The notes under the pieces: generated by a model
The model's database searches: none
The model's input: only the letters and a program-made list of their open reading frames with translations
Told to the model about the DNA's origin: nothing
Assembly (NCBI RefSeq): GCF_022539665.2
Contig: NC_081333.1
Location: 2,046,001 to 2,110,000 of the forward strand
Direction: 5' to 3'
Origin: Daphnia carinata
Lineage: Eukaryota
Length of the DNA: 64,000 bases
Made by a program: the position numbers and the translations under genes
Part shown: positions 14,459 to 29,600 of the stretch, in pieces
How the letters are laid out: each line of letters begins with the position of its first letter
How positions within the stretch are numbered: position 1 is the stretch's first letter

Positions 14459-17400
14459 AAAGGCAAAAGAAGAGACAAGATAAAGACGAACTGCCAGCCG
14501 AGTGAATTGCGGACGGCCATGAAAGGTGTCGACCCCCAAACGGACCACGACCGGCTTCCCCTTCTGCACAATAACCCAGCGAGAGACGTTATCTTAATCG
14601 AAATAAAAACGATCGGATCGCTGGCGCTGGCGCTGCGTGAGACGCGATTTCGTATTCAAGAAAAATTTCTTTTCTTTTTTCTTTTTTTTTTTTTTTTTTG
14701 CGCTCATAGCCGGCCTTGTTGCAGATCATCTCGCAACTGAGACAAGTAGATTGGCTTGATGCTGGACAAATGTTTCTTTTTTTTTTTTTTTTTTTTTTTC
14801 CTTACCTGACGTGGCATTAAAAACAGCTTTGCAAAACGATTCTTATTGGCTCAGAGAAGGGGCTGCGTGCGCAATCACCTTTCGGCCAAAAAGGAGATTT
14901 TTCTTCTTCTTCGCCCATAACCGCCCCTTCCGTTCTGGAACGAAACAGCTGGGTAAAAGTAAAAAGAAAGACGAACTCCTCCCCCACTTGCCAAAAAAAA
15001 AAATGATGAAAGAAAATAAACTTGGACGCGCTTCCATATAAGGCCAGCTACTAACCAATCGGCCAATGAACTGTACATCATCCTAGACCTATAAGCTGAT
15101 CTAACCTGATGTGTTTTTTTTTTTTTTTTTTTTTTTTTTTTTCGGTTAGTGGCTCGTTTTGTTTTCGGCTTTTTTTTTTTTTTTTTTTTGCCCGTCTCTT
15201 TTCAGTTTTGTCCGTCCCTCCTTTTTCTTCGTCACGTTCTACCAGCGCACACAGAGTAGCCTACGTCGGTGGTGCGTGTGTGTGTTGTGTACGTTGCGTG
15301 TTGTTGGCTTTCTTTTGAACGAATGCGTCGTGAGTAGCAAAAATATTTTGTGTGTCGGAACATTCAGTCCAACTGGATGTTGCGCAAACGGACTTGCCGG
15401 CCAAGATGAAAATGCCGCGTTATTGTACCGGCCTATATTTGGCAATGACGGCATGAAACGATCATTTCGATCCGGTTTCTTCTTTCATGTATTATATTTT
15501 TTTTATTATTATTATTATTATTCCTCTTTTTCGAACTCTTAGTCGCCTTCCTTTCAATGTACTTTGTTCCATGCCGTTGTTGCTGTAAAGCGTTTACAAT
15601 ACCAAAGGTTATGGAGAACGAATTTGAAGAGAAAAAAAACCAAAAAAAAAAACTAAAATGACTCATAATCGAATTATTTAAGCAGCACAAAAGAGGATTC
15701 GCCTTACAGACTCTCGCTTGTCTTCGGTCGTCATCACGTTAACGTAGACGCACGCGTCTATTTGAATACATGATTTTCAAAAAAAAAGAAAAAAGAAAAA
15801 AGAAAATGAGAATGATTTTTCATCGTTGGGGTGGGTCTTGTTCTTTACTGATCGATGACTTCCGATAGCATTATATATCGTCCGCGCCTCTATTGGAATT
15901 GCTAATCAGGACGTGCGCATGCGTGAATAATCATCGCCGTGAAAGCAACAGGTGCGCCCGCTGAATGTTTGTCTTCTTCATTACCACCAGACTCGCGCGA
16001 TGAAGCTCATTTTTTTTTTTTTTTTGAATATACATCCTATTCATTCGCCATCATCTCATGAAGTCGTTTCATCCTCTTGTAAATGAAACAGAAAAACAAA
16101 ACATTGTACGCTATTTTTCAATGAGCCGGTCGTTACCCCCCAATCATTTAATCGCACTCCTTTTTTTTTTCAATTCTTTTTCTTTTGAATTTCTCTCTTA
16201 TTTTCGTCAACCATCAAAAGTCACTGGCACAAGTTTTTTAATCTTCCTCCTTTTTCGGGCCCGTCCGGCAAGGCAACGTTTTCTCCCTGCGCCCGTCTAT
16301 ATATTTGCGCTTGACGACAATAACACACCATGGTGTCGTTTAGTGTCTCTTCTCCAAAATGGCAGAAGACGTCCTTCGACGTTTGATTTTTTTTTTTTTA
16401 TCGGCTGGAAAAAAAATAAATAAATGGCCGCACAAGAAAAAATCTGGCCGTCTTTTTTTTTTTTTTTTTTTCAGTCCGCGTAATAGCATCGTTGATGTTT
16501 GTTGTTTTTATTATTTCTGTGGCCACTTTCTCCTATAGAATAGCGGCGGGCAGCCACTCGGCAGCTTTTTTTTTTTTTTTTTGCGCTAATGGCTCGCGAT
16601 GTTTCTCTTATACGTAAAGGTCATAGCATATTTCGGGAGGAGTAGCCGCTCGTACGTACTCACGAACAGAACCTCACACAGAAAGAAAAAAAAAAAAAAA
16701 ATAAGAAGGTGTGTAGGAAATAGGGAAAAAGCCAAAGCCACAACTTATTTTGAATTTTACGAGTCGTCAATATAAAAATAAAGAAAGAAAGAACAGCAAA
16801 ATAAAAAAAAAAAAAAATGGGACGATGGCGACAACAACAACAAGCGGCGACGTAATTCTTGAGTGAATCCAAATGGCTGCCGACGACCACCCAATCGCTC
16901 GTCGATAAAAAAAAACAAACCCAAAATGCGTTTTTTCTTTTTATTTTTCTTGTTTTCTATAGAAAAAAAATAAATAAAATACAATAATGGCAGAAAATAG
17001 ATTTTTATCTGTTATATGTGCTTGTTGCGCCAGCGTGGGGTGTGAATAATCCATTTCGTTTCTCATTCACTGTTTCGCAATTGATTGGAATGCACTTTGG
17101 GGTTTTTCTCTCTCCGGCCATTTCTTTCTACCAAGTGCAATTCAACGAAATTGCCAATTCGCCAGCCTAACATTTTTCTTTTTTTTCTTTTTCTTGCTTT
17201 TGAATAAGAAGCCAAACCACTTTTGCATGCATTGCAATAACAGTTGATATTTTTTTTTTTGTTGTTCCTTAAGCGCTAGTCGTCAAAGTTTGCGGTAGCG
17301 GCGCTCGCGCACGTTTGACTCTTTTTTTTTCCATTCGTCGATCCATCATCAACTTGTTACGACTCACGCGTTTATGTTGCGTACCATTTTATTTTTTTCT

Positions 17401-17701
17401 CTCGTTTGAATTTTTCAAACGTCATTTCCGTTTTTTTTTTTTTAGGGGGGAGGGGAAAGGGGGGGTGGTTCTTTTTTTTTTTTTTTTTCCCTTTTTCGTC
17501 TGTTTTTTTTTTTTTTTGGATACGTGTAATTCTCGGCGATGACGAGTTGTACTGTGTTGTAACATTGGCCGCATTTGCATATAATTTCTCTTGCAAAAAA
17601 AAAAAATAAAATAAAATCCTATAGCCAATGATTACGGCGGCATGGCGGAGCGGGAGCCGCTTTTATTCCGCCCTCGCACTCCGCCCCCCTCCTACGTTTT
17701 A

Positions 17702-17735
<34 letters not shown>

Positions 17736-18773
17736 GCTTTTAATTATTATTATTCGGTTGTCTCATCTTCATCGACCGGAATGTCTAATTCTTTTTTTTT
17801 TTTTTGTGGGGGGAGGAGTGGGGGATAATTGACGTCAGGTAATGGATCCCCTTCGTATCTTTTGAAAGATGCGCTTTTCTTTTAACGTTCCATCGTTTTT
17901 TTTTTTTTTTTTGTTTCACGTCTTTTTTCCTTGTGTGGGAGGACATTTTTTGTTTTTAAACATCCAGCGGGAAGATTTTTGAAATAAGAAGGGATCGAAT
18001 TTCGCGCGTAAAAGAAAAAGAAAAAAAAAAAAAAAAACGAGCAGAGGGGGCGGGGGGTTTTTTGTGTGTGGATGTTTTCAAAAATTCCGAGACAGTCGGA
18101 CTATCCGTTTTCAATCAGCGGGAATTTCTTCTCACGCTGATTGCACAGCTGCAGCTGGCGAGATAGACTTAACGATCGATCGTAAATACATCCACCAGTC
18201 GTCGTACGTGCTAGAGGTGTGTACCCTCTCTCTCTCTCTATCTCTCTGTGCTGCATTCGAAAAAGGGAATTTTCCATCAGCCAAAACGAGAGAAGAAGTC
18301 GACAATGAAGAAGAGACGAATATATATCTAAGGAGAAATAATAATAATAACAAACTTGAAAGAAGAGGAAAAAAAAAAAAAGAAAAGAAAGAAAGAGAAA
18401 AAGTTAAACAAGTACACGCAACAATATCTCAGGTCCGAGATTGCACGCAAGTTATTACACGTAAAGCAGTACTCCAATAAACGTATAAAGATAAAACGAA
18501 AAATAAAACACGATGTACTTAAAAACGACTCGTCCTTCATGTTTCTTACGTACTACGTCCAACTGATATAAGTTGCCAGTTTTTTTGTTTTTTTTTTCCG
18601 TTCTGTCTCGATATAAAACATCATCAACTTCATCAACCAGTAAAAAAACAAGAAATAAGAACACACAGAAATTTCATTGTTCTTTATTTCTCTTCGAAGG
18701 GCTATATCCTACATATGATTTTTGCGTAACGGGGCGATGACTATTAGTCACGCAGACGCGAATTTTCTCCCTC

Positions 18774-18810
<37 letters not shown>

Positions 18811-19941
18811 TCGATGTATTCTTTTTATCAAGACTCTGTACATGGTTGTAGACTCTCTCTCTCTCTCTCTCTCTCTTGTGTAAAGTTTTCATGTGTTGCT
18901 ATGTGTGTGTGTGTGTGTGTGTGTGTTGGCGTTGGTTGCAGCTCTGAGGGCCACCACTCTGGGGCCCCCTTTCTCAATCGAAACCACCGCCCACCCCGAA
19001 GTCTCTTAGCTGCTGTTAGGGAGAAGAAAGAAACGGTTTGGTGGGGCCACTAACATCAATTGAAGAAGACGAAGAAGAAGAAGAAGAAAAAAAAAAAAAA
19101 AAATGATAATAGTCCGTGTGTGCATGCAATATATACACAAGATACACGTAGATATAGCCTTCAGTATGCATGATGAAAAAAAAAAAAAAAAAAAAAAAAA
19201 GGGGGTCATTGGAAACATTGAAATGAATTTGAAACATGAACGAGAAAAGAAGATGGAAGAAGAAGAAAGGGACCACCTCTACTGGGGAGTGTTGTAATGA
19301 GAAATGCCTAAGCTCACGGATGCCAGCCAACGCACGCACACGCTACCGTAAGGCAACAAAAACATCAAAAAAAAAAAAAAAGAACAACAAAAAAAAACAA
19401 AAAAAAAAAAGGGATCTTCTTGTATTATCTAAAACAATGACACCATCTTTGTGTTTAAGGTTACGAATAGTTGTGGGTACGCGCAGTTCCCTGTGTCCTG
19501 TTCAATTGTTCTTGGTCTTTTTAGTTATAGAGCCATTCTTTTATTCAATATAAGACGACCTGAACGAACACAAACAAAAAACCCCCCCCAAAAAAAAAAA
19601 AATTTTTAGAAAAATAAAGAAAAGGGGGTTCCGGCAAACCGAGCGACCACCTGGAATGCAAAAAGGATTGCACAATTGGAAGAACAAAGACAATACACAC
19701 ACACACACAAAAACAAAAGCTAAAGAAAAAGCTTGTGAAACTGGTTAGCCAAAATAAAAACTAGGGTGGCCAGGCGATGCGTCATCGGCCGGTCCAGCCA
19801 AGAGGTGTCCTACCCCCTTTCGCTCACTTTAGCGATGAAAAGATGAAAACCAGACGGTTACGCTTGTTCCCCTTCGTGTGTTGACGCGGCGTGATTGTCC
19901 AGACGGGGCGACGGTCACAATCACCAGAAAACGAAACAAAC

Positions 19942-19976
<35 letters not shown>

Positions 19977-22900
19977 CCCCCATTTTTTTTTTTCAATGTC
20001 GATGTAGTCTGACAAAACATTGGGCGACCAACTGGCGCATTAAAATGACCCAATTTTCTTTTGCTCTTTTATTCACGACGCGCTTCGTGCACGTCCACAT
20101 TTCATATGCGCGCACGAAGAAAATGTCGAACTGGCCGAGGCATTTGCCGGACATGTTGGCGCGCTCACGATGCAACGCCGCTTTTGATTATGTATTTCGG
20201 TAGGAAGGGTAGGACCCGAAAGAAAAAATTGACACGAAAAAAAAAAAACGAAAAAAAAAAAAAGTTTGTCTACCTTTGTGGGACGTGGGGTACGCGAGTC
20301 GTTTGACGCATTTTTGAAATAATAACGAAGGACGTCAGGAAAGAAAAAAAAAAAGGGGAAAAGAAAAAGCGAAACAAGTAAGACGTGAAACAAGAACGAG
20401 AAATGACAAGAAGTTGAAGGTCCGTTTTTTTTTTTTTTTTTTTTGGTTAGAAACGAAAGAAGTCGGGAGAACCAAAAGTGACGAATGACGTTGACGATCA
20501 CATCGACGACAGTTTGGAACCAGGAGAGATCAGCTGGAAAAAAAAAAATAAAAGCTTGCAATCGAAAAACCCTCACGAAGAAAAAAAAAAAAACAAAAAA
20601 ACAAAAAAAATTTAATGTCCGCATTTGGTAAGGAAGGGGTAGTACCCCGACTGCTGGGCACACACAATTTTTTTTTTTTTTTTTTCTTTTTGGTTTTTTT
20701 TTTTTATAGGACACGAAAGTTCGTCTTTTTCCTTCCCGTTTGCGGGAACGCAGCAAACCCAAACCGAGGGAATTTATGGCGTGGAGCTTTGCTCTCTCTC
20801 TCTCTCTCCCTTTCTTGCTCACCAGCTCTTTTTTTTTTTTTTTTTTTTTTTTTATTATTTCTTCTTCTTCAATTTGTTATTTAGTTTTTTTTTTTTTTTT
20901 TTCTTCCTCTTTTTTTTTTCTTCTTTCGGATGCCCTTATAAGAGACACGCCAGAGAGCGCGCTAGTGTCTATACCTCCTTCTTTCCTTTTTCTTATTTTC
21001 ATTCGAAAAGAGTTTTCCCCATTTTTTTTATTTATTTTTTTTTTTTTTCTCTTTTTTAAAGCAGTACGGCCACGAAAAAAAAGAGATCAGTCGACACTGT
21101 TCCATCGTCCCGGACGGTCGTGTTCGAATTTCTTTGTTGTTGTTGTTTGTTGTTCGCCGAGTTGTTTCACGTTGCACGGTGTTTCGGTGTATGCAGCGCA
21201 TCCTTGGGATTAATTAATTGGCGCAGTTCTTTAAACTTTTGTTAGCGACTCATTCGATTTAGCAAATCGAAATAAAAAAAAAAAGAAAAGACAAATCAAA
21301 ATCAAACGGTGAAAAAAAAAAAAAAAAAGAATTTATTGATTGGTTGATTTTCGCAGGCGATCGAGTGGAGATTGATAGGCGTTTTGCGGCCTCGCTGGTG
21401 GCCCACGCCTTCTTCTCCACTTTCCCGCGGCGGACGGTCAAGACCCACCCGACGCTGCAGGATTTCAACTTTGCCGGCCACTTTTTCCAACACCTGCACA
21501 GGTGAGTTTCGTATATTATCAACCCCCCCCCCCCCCCAATTCGATTTGTGTCTTTTTTTTTTTCAAGTGAAAAAAATTTTTACATGAGTCCCGCGGGCAC
21601 AAGAGACAAGCCCCAGCTTCGCTTAAAGTACTAGACGGGACATTCTATTCCCGAAAAACGTGCGACGAAAAAGCTCAATGATGTGTTACACAAGTTTATA
21701 ACAATCGTCCTCGCAAAAAAAAAGAGGATGAAAAAAAAAAAAAAAACAAGACTCCCGCAGAACTGAAAAAAAAAAAAATTAAAGAGCATCTGATGATGAG
21801 TGAACGGGTTGGTTATTTCTTTTTGTGAACAGCAGAAGGGGGGGGGGGGGTATGTAATGCCTTGCATAACTCGTTGTCTGGCGATGATGAATAGCTCTTT
21901 TTGGGTGCATGTGTGACGCTCTAATCTTTGTGGGACTTATTTTATTTTATTTTATTTTTTTCTTCGTCCGTCTGGCCACCAAAACACACACACACACACG
22001 AAAGGGAAAAGAGGGCAGCTATAAATGGGTGTCTGAAAAGAAAATTACCCGGCCATGTAATCGGCCTTGTTTTTTTTTTCTTTTTTCTCCTCTGAATTCT
22101 TTAGATTGTAAATAAAAAAAAGTTTCATTTATCTCCTCTAACAACGAGAACGGCGTTAAACAAAATAACTTCAAAGTGTTCCGTGATTTATGATTGCCGG
22201 CCAAAACGAAAAAGAAAAAGAAAAAAAAAAAAAAAAAAGGCAATCAAGTTTTTTGAAGCACAAAGAAAAACAAAATGGATACTGTGTATATCACGACGAC
22301 CTCGATATAATCTGCAATCAATACTGTTCCTTGTTGTTGTAACTCACAAAGGTCAGGACACAAACAAAAAAAAAACAAAAAAAATAATTCTCGTAAAAGA
22401 AAAGGGTCGGGAAAAATTAGTCGTGTGTTTATTTTGTTTTCATTGCCAACTGCGCGGGATGCAAATTGTATAATGGAAACATTCCTTTTTTTTTTTTTTT
22501 TTTTTCATTGTTTTGTTTTAACAGTGTCTTTTTTCTTTTTTTTCTTTCTTTTCTTTGTCTTTGTGTGTTATCTAGGCGATCGCAGCGAGCTAAGCTGCGC
22601 TCCGTCTTGCACTACTTCCAGCGACTGAGCGAACGTCCGCCCGAGGGACACGTGACCTTTGCTAGGCAGGTAAGAAAAAATACCAACCACATAAAAATTC
22701 CTTTTCCAGACCATTTTTATATCTCTCCTCTTTTGATTTTCACAATCTTATCGTGTAGAGAGAAAAAGAAAAAAAGATTTTATTCTTTTTTTTTTTTTTT
22801 GTTTTTAGTTTCTTCGGCCGGTTTTTTTTTTGGAAGGAATAGTATTCACATTTCGTATTGTTTATTCATGATGATGAAGCAAATATGGTATCGATCACTC

Positions 22901-23655
22901 TTCACGTTATATACGTTCTCTGTTCTTTTTTTTTCTTTTTTTTTTTACACGTCTGCCTCTTTTCAAGAAGTTCTCGTGAATGTGAAAGACATACATTTAC
23001 TCAGCGTACACAACGTAGATCGTCTTTATGGTGAGAGATAGAGAGGACCGAAGATGTAGGTGCTACAGCAAGAAGGCAGCTTTCATTATAGGAGAAACGA
23101 AACACGAGAAAGAGAGAGAGAGAGAAAGAGAGAGAGACCCGGGCCATGTCAACTGGTTTTGCCCGTTGTCCATAGATGGTGCATTTATCTAGCCAATGAT
23201 GCCATCCCTGATCGCAATCCCGGATCTCTCTTTCTCGCGAGCGTCCCTCTTTCTTTCTTTTCTGTATAAATAACACACACATACTGTGCATACGCACGGT
23301 CACTATACAGCCCTTTAAAAAGAGATTTGTTTTTTTTTTATAAAAAAAGAATATCTTTTAAAATATATATTTAAAAAAAAAAAGGGCCTATCTATCACAC
23401 TGTAGAGTTCTGTGTGTGTGTGTGTGTATACTTATTTAGGGCTATCATAGCTGTAGGTGGATAGAGCCCCGCCGTCTATAATGATAGAGGTGTCCCTTTA
23501 GCATGTAATTCTCGTTTTAGCCTTATCACACAGAAGTACAGCTCTGGACGTGGACATCATTTGAAACAAGCCCCTCGAGCTATAGACGTCTATGAAGGAG
23601 CAGTAAAGTAGCATCTTTCTTTTTTTTTTTTTTTTTTCTTTTACGTCTGTGTGCT

Positions 23656-23686
<31 letters not shown>

Positions 23687-26600
23687 TGGAGTGAAAAATG
23701 AGAAACATATCACGTCGTTTGATGGGATTATTACGAATGCATCGTAATCTCGGTATACGCGTAAGAGAACCCACCTGTTGAGACGTTTGCAGACCGGTCG
23801 ATGCGGCAAGGCCACAGGCGAAATGTGATGGCAGGTAGAAATAAAAAAATGCTAAAAGGAAAGTCAAGTAAGATCGAGGATTTATTTCAAACAAAAACAA
23901 ATTGAATGAATAATATCTATGCATAAAAAAAAAAAAAAAAAAAATACAACAAAAAAACAAACGCAGAACAAGAAATATGAGGGACAGAAAGAAAAAAGCA
24001 GCTTTGACAACTACCTAATAGAGAATGCGAGTATATGTAGCAATCATCTTCTCCGATTGGTGTTGCTTCATCGGCGTCAACCAGTTTCTTTCTCTTTTTT
24101 TTGTTTTTTTTTGTCCCTTCTCCTTCATCATTTTCTTCGTCTGCTCTTCACGTTTGTTACACGGCTGCCCATTATGTTTTGTCGGTTTACCGTTTTCTCC
24201 GAAGCGCATCCCGTCGACTTGCCGTTGATGAAAATCACGGCCATGTTTGAAGCTCTGCGGCTGCAACAGGCGTTATAGAAAAAGGCAGCCATTTTTTTCT
24301 TTTTTTCTTTTTTCAACTTAAAAAAAAAAACAAAACAACAAAAGTAAAAGAAGAAATTTTTTTTTCTTCGTTTTGTCGGAGTTTGATCTACTCCGTCGAA
24401 CTCAGCAGGGGTTTGTTGTGGGTTGGCTTCTCTCTCTCTCTCTCTCGTAGGCTCGTCACGTACACGACAGGCTGGATGGCACTTGTCCCTCTGAAGATAT
24501 GTATCTCTTTGACGTGGTCTATAGCGATTGAAAAGAGAGAATACCAAACAAACGGGACACAAATCTCTCCCTAAAAAGAAAAAAGAAAAAAAAGGACGGA
24601 ATTAAAAATGGACATACGGTAGAGTCACGTTGGTCGATTAGCGTTGCCACTTTTTGGCAAACGCGCGGCGGCTGTCCGTCAACAAGAAAACGAAATAGGA
24701 CTGGAACTTTAATTTCCAACTTGGGTCGTTATTGTCCCGATGCTTCGTCATATATCAATTTTTTTTTTTTTTTTTTGAAAACTAAATTTCTTCTCTAAAT
24801 CTTTCGTTTTTAATGATTCTCGATTATTGCTATGATTCAAAAAAGAAAAAAAAAGGAGGAAGAAATATATATATATATATACAGTATATAAATAGACATC
24901 AGAACGAAATTCCTTAACCAAAAACCTCCGTATTTGGAATTTCTCCAAACGTTTTCAATTACCCAATCGAAACTGTGTTGTGTAAGAAAACGTTTTCTCC
25001 CAGTCGCTTTTTTTTTTTTTTTTCTTTTGTCTTGTCTATATAATCGAAGGCGAAACATCGAACGGAGCCAAAGAAAAAGAAAAAGAAAAAAAAAATGTGT
25101 AATTTCCAAAAAGATAAATAAATAACAATAACGTTATAATCCAATGCCACCCTTTCCACCCGAATATGGACACTGATTCAACCATTCGCATTCGTACGTA
25201 ATTGGCTGACGCGACGTGAATCAATGCAACTATTCAGATTGCGTTATTCTCTTTCGTTTTCTTATTCCCATTTTTTTTTTTTTTCGAACGTTCGATCGTT
25301 CTCCAAATGGAGTTTTGAACGAACGCACTCGACTTTAGATGAGTTCGTGTTAGAACTGACGCTAATCGAAGAGCGCTCGTAAAACATTCGATATTCAATG
25401 AACGGGACTTGTGGGCCCTCCATCCAATCTGTCAGTTGATTTGAATACAATTTTAGTACACACAGACGTTACGTACGATATAGTAAAAAACATCTCGGTA
25501 ATGTTAAAAGGCAAAAAAAAAAAACAAAAAAAAAAAAACACGTATCAATTACACGCGCCGATGCTTTACGTGCACGTGCACAAACCGAGGACCAACAATA
25601 AGGACGTGAATGACGGGACGATGGGATGGTTGAACGTCTTGCCACTTGGTGATGCAAAGTCGCTTGCGGGATGGGCGCGGATCGTGTGAAGATTTCCGCC
25701 GATTTACAATTTGATTACAAATGCTGATTATTTACAATGCGACGGTGTGTGTGTGTGTGTGTGTTAGATGTAAGGGCATTATCGATTCTATCTCGTTGTT
25801 TATGCGTTTTCTCTTTGACCCCTTTTTTCTTTTTCTCTGCGCGAGGTCAGGTCATGTCGGGTCGGGAGTGGTGCACGCTGGAGGAGTGGCTCCAGTGCCG
25901 ACGCCCGCTGTGCCCGCTCGTGGTACGCCACGATGGCCGCGTAGAGTATCCATCGTCCGACTCGACGATGCCCATGTCTGTCAACAACAACAACAACAAC
26001 CGGCCAAGTGTCGGCCAATCGGCCGAACCGCCGGCCGGAATTCGAGTCTGTTTCGCCAGCCGTCGCATCGGCGGGTCTTTTCTCGACGACGGCACGTCAC
26101 AGGTAGACATTCTTTATCCAAAATAAATACACTTTAAGAAAACAAGATTCCAAACGAGTGAAAATATTATTCATCACAAACACTTCATCTGTTTGGTTTT
26201 TTATTTATTTATTTTTTTTTTATGTTTCTTCTTTTACCTCTTTTCCATATTTCTTTATGCATGTTCTGCTTTAGAGTCTTTGACCGACGTTTGTTTATTC
26301 AACTCATCTTCGAAATGGGTTGACCTTCTATTCTCGCACGTGCTAGTTTACACCGTCAGTTTGCAGTTGCGTTTACGGTTCGGTTTCGATGCAGGACGTC
26401 ATGCAACAACAACGTGAAACAAGTGTTGCAAAAAGGACTAAACTCGGCGAGTTGTTGTGCAATACCCCAATGCCAAATGACTTTGTTTCTTTACGAAAAA
26501 TCTCACGATTCGTTCGCATTATTCTTTCAGGGCGGGTTTAGGAAATAAAAAATGCATTTAAAAAAATTTAAATGACTTTCAAAAAAAAAAAAAAAAAAAA

Positions 26601-29600
26601 AAAAAAAAGGAGGGGGGTAAGAAAGTTAAAAAAAAAAAAAAAACGGATCCCCCGTCATCAAGAAACAGCAAGGAGGAAGAACAATAACAGCATGTACGTT
26701 TGTTGCGTGTATAGCCGAGTCGTACAACAATCATTTTTATTCATGAAAAACTTAAACAAAAAAAAAAACAAACAAAAAAACAAATAAAAAAAAAAAAAGC
26801 TGAACGAGACACGAAACTGTTGGACGGCCCGGTGCGAGATTTCCCATTGAAATTCAGTAGCCCAGCCTGAAGAGTCTTTCTTGTGTTCTTTTGGGTTGCG
26901 TATAGTCTTGTTCTTAAATCACCGAACGAAAAACAAGAAAACAAAAACAAAAACAAAAACAAAAACAAAAAGCAATCAAAAGTAGAAGCACAGATGGGGG
27001 GGGGGGGGAGGGAGGTTGAAAGGGGGCGGATGATTCAATGGTTGTCTATACCTGCGTTTTTTTTTTTTTTTTTTTTTTTGATGCTAAAAAGAGAAGAAAA
27101 AAAAAAAGAGAGCTGGAACTTGTCTCAATTTCCATGGGCACGCGGAACACGACCGTTTCGCGCATATCATCGCAACTGTTCGCTCTTTTTTTTTTTTTAT
27201 TCTTTATTTTTTTAATGCATTCGGCACGGTACAGCGACCCAAACATTTCTCTCCCCCCTCCGGATTCCCGAAATGTTTAAAAATACAGCAATAATAGCAA
27301 AAAAGAAAAAAAAAAATGTTGGCCTGCAGTCGGCATTGCGTGTCTTGTTTATTATTCCTTTAAGTTCTTGTTGTTGCTTCTCTCTCTCTCTCTCTCTCTC
27401 TCTCTGATTGTTGTGCGCAGCTTCTTCAATGTTTCGATTCACATGTTTTTTTTTTTGTTGTTTTTTTTTGTTTTTGTTTTTTTTTTTTTCACTTTGTTTC
27501 CATTTTGCTGTTGGGACTTGCGCGTCCGTCTGGGAAGGAGTGCGCAGCATTTAGCAGCCATCCCGAGTTGCTATCCCTCTTGCCTTATGTGGAATCGCTG
27601 GAAGACAACGAGGCCATCACGGCCAGCGGACTCTGCACCTACTCCATTATTCATGACCTGAAAAACAAAGCCGTCTTTGATGCAACAGCCGGCCAACAAA
27701 CAACAACTGCCAACGCCGCCACCAAGACGGCGTTGACGACAACATCGGCGGCGACGACGTCTCCGATATCGAGCTCATCACTCCCACAGGTGGCTTTCAC
27801 ATTCTTTATTTTTTTTTTTCTTTTTGCTCTTTCGCCGGGGGGGTTAAAGCATGGACGTCGTCTTCTTTTACAAAAACTTCCATTCGTCTTATCGGGTGGA
27901 GTCGACACGTATCTCCTTTAGAGCCGGTCCCGGCAACGGGAAAAAAAAAAAAAAAAAAAAAAAAAACGACGTATGTTTTGTTTCCATATGCGTCGTTTGG
28001 AATGCCGTATTCATATTAGATAGAGAAACCAAACACGCCATCTCTGATGGTGCCCGTCCTTCTCGACGTGCTCAAGGAGGAGGGGGCATTCCAGCACGAC
28101 CCCCACATCTCTTTCAGGTCCAACACAGCCAGATGGTATTCACTCGACTGCAGGGGCCGTATAGGACGTAAGTCTAAGGGAGGACAGCATAAAACGAAGA
28201 GGCTCACTGTTACACACACATAAGATATCAAAACTAAGCTGATGGATGTTACGACCATACGTCATTCAACTTGAATGTCCGATGTCTTCCATGTTTTCGG
28301 TTGACATTGATCGACATTCTTTCGATCGATTGCAAACGACCTTGTCGAAACTCGAACAAAACAATGTCCGCCATAGCTGCGAACTTTTTTTCTCCAAGGG
28401 CCGTGCGGTCCGTTGGTGGAGGGAGAAGCCAACTGGCGGTCCGAACAATCGTAAATCACGCTGAAAACGTGAAGGGGATAGATGAAAAAAAAAAAAGCGA
28501 CGTCGGCAGCGTCGTTTACAGAGGAATTTGCGTCATTCTTGATTTAAGAAAAAGAAGAGTTCCATACGTTAAGGAACGCCTCTTTGATCAGTGAAGCGTC
28601 TTTCTCCTTTTGAACGCCCGTTTGCGGCATCGACCCGATAAAAAGGAAGGAGAAAAACTTTGGAAATGAAAAGGAATCAACAGAGAGAAAACAAGACGCA
28701 GACAGACGCACAAAAAAAAAAACAAAAAAAACAGTTCCGCCCCTTATAAGGCGTTGTAGTGAACTGGACAGTCGCACGGCAACATGCCTCCGGATTCCCG
28801 TTTTTTTTTTTCTTTCTTTATGCAACATGATGAATCCGCTTCTTCACTGTTCTCTTTCTATTTTTATTTTTTTTTTTAAGGGGAAAAAAAAAAATCTACT
28901 GACAATATAAAGATAAACGCCTTTTGATGTCCAGGATGTACACAGTTACACTAGTGAATGCGTCCTTTGTCTATGATATGGACGTATACAAATTTTCGTA
29001 CCTTATGTGGAAGGTATACGTACTCGCTTTTTACACTGCCGATAGAATTAGCAGCCTCATCTCGGATGTACTGGTTCGCTTAGGCCCCCCCCCCCCCTCC
29101 CCCCCAGCTATCCCCCTAAATGCGGATTTCATTTGATTGGAATGACATGTTTGTTTGTTGTTGTTTTGTTTTATTTCGACATCAAAGGTGACGCAAGCGC
29201 AGACTGCTATGTGTCTGATTGACGCGGAAGATTACAGCGACTTACCCATACGTCAGTACGAGGAAGACAACGTCCTCCGCGAGCTTAACAAGGCCTATTT
29301 GGGATTTCGCCAACATTATCCGGACGCGGCGAGGGCCGAACAGCCGCAACCGAAGGAGCAGCCGCAATTAGAGCAGCGTCTGCCCATCGCCGGTGCTTCC
29401 AGGGACTTGTCGCCCAGCAGTCGCAGTAGACAGGCCAGCACGATCACCGGTAAGTCCCAACTTGTCGTTTTCTTTGTCTTCTTTCTTAACGATGTGTGTT
29501 ATTGATTTTTTGATTGGGGCCGCCGTGCAGATCACACGATGAGTCAAGATTGGGCGGACTTAACCCGCAGCACGACGTTAGTGGCCTCGTCAGGCGATCC

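Noticed and set aside
7376..29136. Dozens of Phe- or Lys-rich ORFs in the six-frame track
   Set aside because: Translations of poly-T/poly-A tracts in introns of, or upstream of, the PARG-like gene; no domain-like content outside the exons listed.
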